DNA from: Candidatus Hydrogenedentota bacterium
Lineage (GTDB): Bacteria > Hydrogenedentota > Hydrogenedentia > Hydrogenedentales > JAEUWI01
NCBI GenBank assembly: GCA_034669905.1
Contig: JAXMOL010000001.1
Location: 224,001-288,000, forward strand
DNA length: 64,000 nucleotides
Direction: 5' to 3'
The notes below the pieces were generated by a model. The model was not told the DNA's origin and did not search any database. It saw only the letters and a program-made list of their open reading frames with translations. The first letter of the stretch is position 1, and each line of letters opens with the position of its first letter. This document shows, piece after piece, positions 10,283 to 18,025 of this stretch. The position numbers and the translations under genes were made by a program.

Positions 10283-10331
10283 TACGATTCCCCTGTTTTG
10301 GTTTCACGATTCCCGACGAGTTTTTATTGTA

Positions 10332-10437
10332 GAGACGGGGGGACGTTGGTACAAGGTTGATTCTTGTGGGACCTGTGCGGCCGGCGAACAACGTCCCACA
10401 GGTCTCACCGGTCCCACGCGTCCCACAAACTCCCCAC
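10332..10437. repeat. 9-nt periodic GGGAC/GTCCC inverted array
   Basis: gtcccacag-gtctcaccg-gtcccacgc-gtcccacaa, preceded by gagac/gggac units in the opposite orientation. Confidence 0.6.
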
Positions 10438-10540
10438 ACTCTATAGCCCGCCCGCCCAACTATGATAAGCTGGACCCAGCAGCAATTGAGGCCCGCGCCT
10501 CGCACACCACAGCCCATACAACTTCTCCGGGAGCACCGCC

Positions 10541-12634
10541 GTGTCTGACGACCAGCCCGTTTACATTAATCATCTCATCCACGAAACCAGTCCCTACCTC
10601 CTCCAGCATGCCCACAATCCCGTGGAATGGTATCCCTGGGGGGAGGAGGCCTTCACCAAAGCCCGGGAAGAGGACAAGCCCATTTTTCTTTCCATCGGCT
10701 ACGCGGCCTGTCACTGGTGCCACGTGATGGAGCATGAATCCTTCGAAAACGAGTCGGTCGCCAAGTTTCTCTCGGAGTACTTTGTCAGCATCAAGGTGGA
10801 CCGGGAAGAGCGCCCCGATCTCGACGACATCTATATGAGCGCGGTGATGGGCCTTACGGGCCATGGCGGATGGCCCATGACGGTCTTTCTCACGCCAGAC
10901 CTTGAGCCCTTCTATGGCGGTACCTACTACCCGCCGGAAGACCGCCACGGGCACCCGAGCTTTATGACCATCCTCCGCGGCATTGCCCAAAGCTGGCAGG
11001 ACAAGCGGGAAGACATCGCCAAGGGCGCGGAGAACATCACCCAGTTTCTTGCGGAGCAGTCCCGCAAGCCGGTGAATGATAAGACGGTCATGGCCTCCAG
11101 TGTGATCACCCAGGCCGCCCAGCAGCTGACCGAAAACTACGATGCCACCCATGGCGGTTGGGGCGGTGCCCCCAAGTTTCCTTCCAGCGGCGGCATCGGA
11201 TTCTTGCTGCGGGCCTACCGCACGACGGGGGACCGCGAACTCCTCGACATGGCCACGGAGACCCTCGACAAGATGGCCCGGGGCGGCATGTATGATCAGC
11301 TCGGCGGCGGCTTTCACCGCTATTCGGTAGACGCCGAATGGTTGGTGCCCCACTTTGAAAAAATGCTCTATGACAACGGACAGCTCGCCCAGGTCTATCT
11401 GGAAGCCTGGCAGGCCACGGGCAACGCCTTTTATAAACAGGTGGTCTGTGAAATCATCGACTACGAACTCCGGGACATGACCGACTCCCTTGGTGGCTTC
11501 CACAGCACGGAAGACGCCGACAGCGAAGGGGAAGAGGGCAAGTTCTATATCTGGTCCCATGGGGAAATCATGAAAACCCTCGGCGAAGAAGATGGCGCGC
11601 TCTTTTGTGCCTACTACGCCATCAAAGAGCGGGGTAACTTCCAATCCCACGAGCCCTATCACACCGGACTCAACATCCCCCACGTCACCCGTCCGCCCGA
11701 ACAGATTGCATCGGAGCAGGGCCTCGAGCCGGAAGCCCTGGAAGCGCGCATGGCCCCCTTACGTGCCAAACTCATGGCCGTCCGCGAAGGCCGCGTGCGC
11801 CCCGGGTTGGATGACAAGGTCTTAACCTCGTGGAACGCCCTCATGATTGGTCCCATGGCCCAGGCGGGGGTAGCCTTTGGCGAGCCCCGCTATGTGGAAG
11901 CGGCGGTGAAAGCGGCCGAGTTCCTCATGGCACACATGTGGAAAGACGACGGCCTCCTGCGCACCCACCGCCATGGCGAGAGCCGTCTGCCGGGGTACCT
12001 CGATGACTACGCCTTTACGGCGAACGCCTTTGTGGACCTCTATGAAGCCACGCTGGACGCCCGGTGGCTGGAACATGCCCGGACGATTACCGAGCAGATG
12101 ATTGCCCGATTTGGGGATGAGGATGGGACGAGTTTTTACTTCACCGAAGCGGCCCACCAGAATCTCATCGTCCGCACCCGGCCGACGTACGACGGGGCCG
12201 AGCCTTCGGGCAATTCCGTGGCGGCGCTGGTTCTGTTGCGGCTGGGCCATATGCTGGACCATAAGGATTTTCAGCATTGGGGACGGAAGGTCGTGGAAAC
12301 GACGCTCCCCCTCGTGGCCCGTGCGCCCCAGGGATACCTGCGCATGCTGTGGACCGTGGACTTCCTGTTGCACCCGCCGGTGGAGATTACGCTCGTGGGT
12401 AAAGGCGATGATGCCGGCGTGGCCGCCTTACATGAGACGCTCATGCAGCGATACCTGCCAAACAAATGCGTGTTGTTGGTAAATCCCGAGACCTATGCCT
12501 TCACGGATGAGTTGCCCATGGCCGTAAGCAAGACCATGGTGGATGAAACCGCCGCGGCCTATGTCTGTCGCGAGCAGGTCTGTCAGGCCCCGGTGACGAC
12601 GGTGGAGGCGTTGGCGGAGCTATTGGCGGGGTAG
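10541..12634 (+). CDS. Thioredoxin-domain/DUF255 protein (YyaL/SSP411 family)
   Basis: [50 protein letters not shown] and DDKVLTSWN motifs. Confidence 0.95.
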   Translation: MSDDQPVYINHLIHETSPYLLQHAHNPVEWYPWGEEAFTKAREEDKPIFLSIGYAACHWCHVMEHESFENESVAKFLSEYFVSIKVDREERPDLDDIYMSAVMGLTGHGGWPMTVFLTPDLEPFYGGTYYPPEDRHGHPSFMTILRGIAQSWQDKREDIAKGAENITQFLAEQSRKPVNDKTVMASSVITQAAQQLTENYDATHGGWGGAPKFPSSGGIGFLLRAYRTTGDRELLDMATETLDKMARGGMYDQLGGGFHRYSVDAEWLVPHFEKMLYDNGQLAQVYLEAWQATGNAFYKQVVCEIIDYELRDMTDSLGGFHSTEDADSEGEEGKFYIWSHGEIMKTLGEEDGALFCAYYAIKERGNFQSHEPYHTGLNIPHVTRPPEQIASEQGLEPEALEARMAPLRAKLMAVREGRVRPGLDDKVLTSWNALMIGPMAQAGVAFGEPRYVEAAVKAAEFLMAHMWKDDGLLRTHRHGESRLPGYLDDYAFTANAFVDLYEATLDARWLEHARTITEQMIARFGDEDGTSFYFTEAAHQNLIVRTRPTYDGAEPSGNSVAALVLLRLGHMLDHKDFQHWGRKVVETTLPLVARAPQGYLRMLWTVDFLLHPPVEITLVGKGDDAGVAALHETLMQRYLPNKCVLLVNPETYAFTDELPMAVSKTMVDETAAAYVCREQVCQAPVTTVEALAELLAG

Positions 12635-12867
12635 GGACGGCAAGGACCTCAAAGACGAAAAAGACCTAAGGGACGTTGTGAAAAATTCGCGGGCACTCGC
12701 AAGACTATTGGAGCAGAGCTCCACGGACTGCATTCCCAAGCAGAGCTTGGGAACGAGGGAAAGCCAACATTTCTTGCTCCGAGGATCAGCCTGGGAATGA
12801 GGGCCCTGAAAGCGTGTGCGCAATAGGTCCCTGTCCTTTACGTCCTTTCCGTCGTTTAGGTCCTTTC
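12633..12867. repeat. Composite repeat: AAGGAC 9-mer arrays in inverted orientation (12633-12675 forward, 12826-12867 reverse) enclosing a TTCCCAAG..CTTGGGAA palindromic element
   Basis: gggacggcaaggacctcaaagacgaaaaagacctaagggac ... ggagcagagctcc..tgcattcccaagcagagcttgggaacgag ... gtcctttacgtcctttccgtcgtttaggtccttt. Confidence 0.75.
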
Positions 12868-12868
12868 A

Positions 12869-12910
12869 CAAAAAAACGCCCGGGTCAGCCGAAGCCAACC
12901 CGGGCGTTTG
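12869..12910 (-). terminator. Intrinsic terminator of ileS
   Basis: aaacgcccggg / cccgggcgttt stem; the A-run on + is a U-tract on the - strand, just after the ileS stop. Confidence 0.8.
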
Positions 12911-12925
12911 TCGTCTCTATCTAGT

Positions 12926-15900
12926 TCACCCCACTGCCACCAGCAGCCGCAACTCGCTGCCTTCCACCGTCACCACCTTGGCATCTCCGTCCGCCGCACC
13001 GCTCACCAGCGAATTGGCCAACACTTCCTGGGCGATATACTCGCGGAAGCCATCAATCGCCTCGTTCAACGATGCATCGTCGGTCGCATAGGTCACGGCG
13101 ATGCGCGCGTCGTAGGCGAGGTTTTGCTCTTTGCGGATGTCCTGCAGGGCGCGGACCACTTCGCGAACCAAACCCTCTTTCCGCAGTTCGTCGGTGATTT
13201 CTGTGGCGATGACCACCACCAACTGCTTGCCCTGGGCGGCGGCGAAACCTTCCTTCGGCGTGAGGCGCACGTCCACTTCATCGGCGGTGAGCACTTCCGG
13301 CTTACCATTCACTTCGATGGTGATGCCGCCATCCTGCACCTGGGCCGCAAGGGCCGCCCCATCGGCACCGGCGAGGGCCTTGCGGACCTGCTGGACGTTC
13401 TTCCCGAAGCGGGGTCCGAGGACCTTGAAGTTGGGCCGCACTTCGTAGGAAACGTATTCTTCCGGGCTGTCCGTGAAGGCCACTTCCTTGATGTTCAATT
13501 CTTCCTGGATAAGGTCGAGGTGTTTCTCGAGGGCAGCGCGCTGGTCGGCATTGGCCACGACGAGTTCGCAGAGCCCCAGGGGCTGACGCACCTTGATGTT
13601 TTCTACACGGCGGGCACTGAGTCCCAGCGTCACGGCCTCGCGGGTGAGGGCCATCTGGTCCAGCAGCCCATGGTCAATGGTGGCCCCGTCGGCTACCGGG
13701 TAGGTCGCCAGGTGGACACTGTCCGCCGCACCAGCCACGGGTTTCGCCAGGTTGCGCCACGTCACTTCTGCGAAGAAGGGCGTGAAAGGCGCGGCCAGAC
13801 GGGCCAGCTTGATGAGGCATTCGTAGAGCGTCCAATAGGCATCGGCCTTGTCTTCGCTCCAGCCACTCGCCCAGAAGCGCGCACGACTCCGGCGCACATA
13901 CCAGTTGGAGAGGCTGTCCACAAAGCCGGAAACTTCACGGGCTGCCGGGTAGGTTTCGTAGGTATCCAGGGCACCCCGGGCATCGACGATAACCCGGTCG
14001 AGCTCGTTGAGGATCCACTGATCCAACTCAGCGCGTTCGGCCACCGGGCGATAGACCGCATCGCCCCCGGTGCCCCCGGCAGGTGCGGCGGCGGGGTCGG
14101 CGAAGAGTTCTTTCAACACGGCCTGGGGCGCACTGGACGGATCAAAGCCATCCAGGTTCGCATAGATCACGAAGAAACTGTAGACGTTGTACCAGCGCAT
14201 CAACAGTTCGCGCTGGGACTCTTCCACGATGCGCTCGGAAAGGCGGCTGCTGTTCGTGGGCGGGTTCTTGGCGATAAAGCTCCAGCGCAACGCGTCGGCA
14301 CTGAACTTTTCGAAAAGGAGGCCCGGCTCGCTGTAATTCTTCAGACGCTTCGACAACTTGAGGCCGTCTTCCCCGAGGATGTGTCCGAGGCAAATGCAGT
14401 TTTTGAAGGGATGGGGCCAGGGGCCTTTTTCTTTTCCATGAACCACCGTGCTGATGGCCAGCAGGGCATAGAACCAACCCCGCGTCTGGTCAATGGCTTC
14501 ACTGATAAAGTCGGCCGGGAAGCGCTCGTTGAACTTTTCCGCAGAACCTTCCACGTGGGGATAGCCCCACTGGGCGAAGGGCATGGAGCCCGCGTCAAAC
14601 CACACGTCGATGACTTCCGTCACACGGCGCATGCGCCCTTCAGGATCCTTGGGACTCTGGAAGGTTACGGCATCGATATAGGGCTTGTGGACCTTGAGGT
14701 GCTCACTGAGTTCGGGTGTTTCGGCCTTGGCCTGCTCCCAGACCTCGGTGCCTTCGAGGCCGGGCTTGGCGAGCAACTCGTCGTAGGAGCTGATGCATTC
14801 CATGTGGCCCGTCTTGTCGCAAATCCACACGGGCAGGGGCGTACCCCAATAGCGCTCGCGGGACAGGGCCCAGTCCACGTTGTTTTCGAGGAAGTTACCA
14901 AAGCGGCCATCGCGGATGTGCTGGGGCTGCCAAGTGATCTCCTTATTATTCGCCACGAAATCGTCTTTGAACTGGGAGGTCTTGATAAACCAGCTCTTCC
15001 GCGCGTATTGGATGAGGGGATCATTCTCCGCACGGGGACAGAAGGGATAGGAGTGTTTGTATTGCTCGTGTTTAAAGAGGTGTCCCCGCTCTTTCAAGAC
15101 ACGGAGAATGCCCTTGTCCGCGGCCTTACAGAACTGGCCCGCAATGGGGCTCTGGTCGTAGGGGTCCACATCGGTGACGCGCTCGTCGAAGGTGCCATCG
15201 GGCTTCACATAACAAAGGAATCCAATGCCGCTTTCCTTGCAGACGCGGTAATCGTCTTCACCGAAGGCCGGGGCCATATGGACGATGCCCGTACCGGTTT
15301 CGAGGTCCACAAAATCACCCGCGATAACCATCCAGTGTTTTTCGGAAACCGCGTCGGGATTTTCCATGGCGGCCGGGGTGCCGTAGTTAAAGAGGGGCTC
15401 GTAGCGCACACCCAGGAGATCGCTCCCCTTGAGCGTCTGAACAATCTCCGCCTCTTCGCCGAAATACTTGCTGACGAGGGCCTGGGCGAGAATCAGCATC
15501 TCGTGGCCGGATTCGGTCGCGTGCTTTACCACGGCGTAGTCCGTCTCGGGGCCCACGCACGCCGCGCAGTTGCTCGACAGGGTCCAGGGGGTCGTCGTCC
15601 AAATGAGGAGACCCGCGTCTTCCCCTTCCAGGTTGAGGGCTTGCTTGCCATCCTCCGTGAGGGAGAGTTTAATCGTGACCGCGGGGTCGTCCACGTCGCG
15701 GTAGCCTTCACCCACTTCGCCCGCCGAAAGGGCTGTGCCGCCCTGGGCCCACCACCACACGACCTTATGGCCCTGATAGAGGAGGCCCCGGTCGAAAAGT
15801 TGCTTCAGGGCCCACCACACACTCTCCACATAACTCTGGTGGAAGGTGACATAGGCCTCGTCCAGGTCTACCCAGAAACCAATACGGTCCGTGAGTTGTT

Positions 15901-16312
15901 CCCATTCCTGCTTATAGCGGAAGACCGACTCAATGCAGGTGCGGTTGAACTTCTCCACGCCGAATTCTTCGATGGCTTCTTTACCGCCATCGATGATACC
16001 CAGCTCTTTGCAGACCTCGATTTCCACGGGCAGTCCGTGGGTATCCCAGCCGGCTTTGCGCTCGCAGAAATTGCCCGACATAGTCTTGTAACGGGGGAAG
16101 ATGTCTTTGATGGTGCGCGTCAGGCAGTGGCCCGGGTGGGGCATCCCGTTGGCCGTGGGAGGCCCTTCGTAGAACACGAAACGGGGCGCATCTTTCCGCT
16201 GTTCCAGACTTTTTTTATAGGTCTGGTGTTCTTTCCAGAACGCGATGGTCTCCTTTTCCGCCTCGGCAAAGTTAAAGGGGGACGGGACCGGTTCAAAGGC
16301 ATCGTTAGACAT
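12926..16312 (-). CDS. ileS: Isoleucine--tRNA ligase, type 2 (eukaryote-like)
   Basis: FYEGPPTANGMPHPGH, GWDTHGLPVE, WTTTPWTL, DWALSRERYWGTPLP, DQTRGWFY, KLSKR, LSNWYVRRSR. The long C-terminus (VRQPL, EG..REVVRALQDIRK) is type-2-like. Confidence 0.97.
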   Translation of the reverse strand: MSNDAFEPVPSPFNFAEAEKETIAFWKEHQTYKKSLEQRKDAPRFVFYEGPPTANGMPHPGHCLTRTIKDIFPRYKTMSGNFCERKAGWDTHGLPVEIEVCKELGIIDGGKEAIEEFGVEKFNRTCIESVFRYKQEWEQLTDRIGFWVDLDEAYVTFHQSYVESVWWALKQLFDRGLLYQGHKVVWWWAQGGTALSAGEVGEGYRDVDDPAVTIKLSLTEDGKQALNLEGEDAGLLIWTTTPWTLSSNCAACVGPETDYAVVKHATESGHEMLILAQALVSKYFGEEAEIVQTLKGSDLLGVRYEPLFNYGTPAAMENPDAVSEKHWMVIAGDFVDLETGTGIVHMAPAFGEDDYRVCKESGIGFLCYVKPDGTFDERVTDVDPYDQSPIAGQFCKAADKGILRVLKERGHLFKHEQYKHSYPFCPRAENDPLIQYARKSWFIKTSQFKDDFVANNKEITWQPQHIRDGRFGNFLENNVDWALSRERYWGTPLPVWICDKTGHMECISSYDELLAKPGLEGTEVWEQAKAETPELSEHLKVHKPYIDAVTFQSPKDPEGRMRRVTEVIDVWFDAGSMPFAQWGYPHVEGSAEKFNERFPADFISEAIDQTRGWFYALLAISTVVHGKEKGPWPHPFKNCICLGHILGEDGLKLSKRLKNYSEPGLLFEKFSADALRWSFIAKNPPTNSSRLSERIVEESQRELLMRWYNVYSFFVIYANLDGFDPSSAPQAVLKELFADPAAAPAGGTGGDAVYRPVAERAELDQWILNELDRVIVDARGALDTYETYPAAREVSGFVDSLSNWYVRRSRARFWASGWSEDKADAYWTLYECLIKLARLAAPFTPFFAEVTWRNLAKPVAGAADSVHLATYPVADGATIDHGLLDQMALTREAVTLGLSARRVENIKVRQPLGLCELVVANADQRAALEKHLDLIQEELNIKEVAFTDSPEEYVSYEVRPNFKVLGPRFGKNVQQVRKALAGADGAALAAQVQDGGITIEVNGKPEVLTADEVDVRLTPKEGFAAAQGKQLVVVIATEITDELRKEGLVREVVRALQDIRKEQNLAYDARIAVTYATDDASLNEAIDGFREYIAQEVLANSLVSGAADGDAKVVTVEGSELRLLVAVG

Positions 16313-16828
16313 GGAGCAGGCTTCCTTCGCTAGGGGCGACGGGTTGTTGTGTTTATACCGGGAGCAATACGCACTTTCCGCCCCGAAAACAGGTTCCGGC
16401 ACCACAGAAAGGGATTAAACGGCCGAAAATGGCGTACCAAGCCCAATATGATCGCTTTTCAGGGCCAGATCATGCAACTTTTGGACGAATTTGGGGAATT
16501 GGGCGGTGTGAAGCGGGGCGATAGCGTGGCACGGTCGGGTTACTGCTATTCGTCACGGCACCATGTGGCACCGGTCACAGGGCAGGCCTTTCAATATCAT
16601 GAGCAGTCAACCAAGAAATAAAACGACAAGCCTTCGTGCCACGCGTTCCGGTATATCGCAACGTGTGTAGGGCGCAAGGCTGGGCGGTGCATGGTAGCGA
16701 TCTGAACCCTCTGTATCTCAACACGAGACCATCACGAGAGTGGAAGAGCGCGGATTGCCGCGACGAAGGCGGGAGGTGCGTGGCGTAAGTTGTGGCAATC
16801 TAATGGTGTTAGGACAATCACACGTTTT

Positions 16829-16844
16829 TGGCACGGTGCTGGCT
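16829..16844 (+). promoter_or_regulatory. sigma54 (-24/-12) promoter, copy 1
   Basis: TGGCACGGTGCTGGCT against the consensus TGGCACG-N4-TTGC(A/T): one mismatch, exact GG-N10-GC spacing, conserved in copy 2. Confidence 0.8.
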
Positions 16845-16940
16845 TCACACTCCCATACGCCGTGTGGCGTACGAACAATTGAACGTAAACGTCGATGAAT
16901 CCATCCGCGATTTGCAGGGAAAAGCCAGGAGGAATTTACT

Positions 16941-17075
16941 ATGAACACTATCGAACTCAACGAACTGAACCATGAAGTGACTGTCGAAGAAGCCAACAAC
17001 GTTGTCGGCGGCTACAAACTCAAGAACGTCGTGGTTTCCAGTTACAAGCTCAAAAACGTCGTTGTATCCAGTTAA
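16941..17075 (+). CDS. 44-aa double-glycine-leader peptide precursor MNTIELNELNHEVTVEEANNVVGG-YKLKNVVVSS-YKLKNVVVSS (not in the ORF track)
   Basis: AGGAGG RBS 8 nt upstream of the ATG; EVTVEEANNVVGG leader; core decapeptide repeated with only synonymous differences; paralog at 17604. Confidence 0.85.
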   Translation: MNTIELNELNHEVTVEEANNVVGGYKLKNVVVSSYKLKNVVVSS

Positions 17076-17154
17076 GGTGCCTGCGGCCTGTTCGGTGGCC
17101 CGCGCCACCTGATAGTAGTCCGAGACGGCCCAATACGGATACGAGATTAACGAC

Positions 17155-17208
17155 CACAAAAACGGCTGGTGCCCCGCACATCGTGGGCGCACCGCCGTTT
17201 TTTTTTGT
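17155..17208 (+). terminator. Intrinsic terminator of peptide cassette 1
   Basis: aaaaacggc-tggtgcccc-gcacatcgt-gggcgcacc-gccgttttttttt. Confidence 0.85.
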
Positions 17209-17491
17209 ATGGGTGGCCCGCGAATCGACAAATCGGCATTGTGCGCCTCGAATCCCGATTGGACCAAGCACCAGCCCAAAGGATGTCCCCAAGGGTCGTG
17301 CCGCACGAACCGGTATCTCGGTATCATTCGCCCCGTGCAAGGATGGGCGTTGCATAGTATCGAACTGAGGCCACCGTGTCTGAACACGAGACCATTGTAA
17401 GAATACGATACCCCGGCCTGGCCCGTCGGAGACGGGAAGTTCGCGGCGTAAGCCGCTGAATTATATGGGTGTTATGACAATCATACGTTTT

Positions 17492-17507
17492 TGGCACGGC
17501 GCTGGCG
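17492..17507 (+). promoter_or_regulatory. sigma54 (-24/-12) promoter, copy 2
   Basis: TGGCACGGCGCTGGCG with GG-N10-GC spacing, at the same distance from the ATG as in copy 1. Confidence 0.75.
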
Positions 17508-17603
17508 CTACATTCCTATACGCCGTGGGGCGTGCGAGCAATTGAACGTAAACGTCGATGAATCCATCCGCGATTTGCAGGGAAGAACCAGGAGGAATTT
17601 ACT

Positions 17604-17774
17604 ATGAACACTATCAAAATCAAAGAACTGAACCATGAAGTGACCGTTGAAGAAGCCAACAACGTCGTCGGTGGCTACAAATACAAACTCACCAACGTCG
17701 TAGTTTCCAGTTACGATACCTCCGGTCAAGCCGACGCTACTCGCCGCAACCCATCGCTCAAAACGAGTCGTTGA
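17604..17774 (+). CDS. 56-aa double-glycine-leader peptide precursor MNTIKIKELNHEVTVEEANNVVGG-YKYKLTNVVVSSYDTSGQADATRRNPSLKTSR (not in the ORF track)
   Basis: Same RBS and UTR as copy 1. Leader residues 8-24 are identical to copy 1 and differ at 4 nucleotides, all synonymous. Confidence 0.85.
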   Translation: MNTIKIKELNHEVTVEEANNVVGGYKYKLTNVVVSSYDTSGQADATRRNPSLKTSR

Positions 17775-17806
17775 CACCGTTCAGGAGCGTAACGGGGTTA
17801 CGGATG

Positions 17807-17856
17807 ACAAGAACGGCAGGTGCCTGCACAATGTGCATGCGCCGCCGTCTTTTTGT
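17807..17856 (+). terminator. Intrinsic terminator of peptide cassette 2
   Basis: aagaacggc-aggtgcctgcaca-a-tgtgcatgcgcc-gccgtcttttt, homologous to the terminator of copy 1. Confidence 0.8.
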
Positions 17857-18025
17857 TCGGAAGAACAGACCGACGTCCGGCAACTTTGGTGGGTCTTGAT
17901 TCCTCTTGGAACTAGATCTGGGGGACTCTTTTGCCGATGGCCATTCGTATTTCAGTATCTAATTCGCAAGTTAAACCACCCCGAGATTCCAGCCGCAACC
18001 AGATAACCCCCACTCGGTGACGCCC

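Larger units (their letters stand above)
16634..17856 (+). repeat. Diverged tandem duplication with a period of about 660 bp (about 16634-17208 and 17296-17856), each unit a complete small-peptide gene cassette
   Basis: Collinear matching blocks include tcgtgcc..ccggtat, gcaagg.tgggcg.tgcat, aacacgagaccat, ttttggcacgg.gctggc, the identical caattgaacgtaaacgtcgatgaatccatccgcgatttgcaggga, ccaggaggaatttactatgaacactatc, and homologous terminators. Confidence 0.92.

Noticed and set aside
12908..16333. 1141-aa plus-strand ORF
   Set aside because: Antisense shadow of ileS, caused by GC-rich codon bias; no recognisable motifs.
16527..16545. Third sigma54 promoter (TGGCACGG)
   Set aside because: No GC at the -12 position; the sequence reads TT after GG-N10.
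16313..16630. T-box riboswitch upstream of ileS
   Set aside because: No T-box consensus or terminator/antiterminator recognised on the minus strand.
16718..17777. Minus-strand ORFs 16718-16999, 16845-17387, 17050-17355 and 17508-17777, two of which share similar translations
   Set aside because: They are shadows of the duplicated plus-strand cassettes. The promoter, RBS, terminators and synonymous-substitution pattern all support the plus strand.
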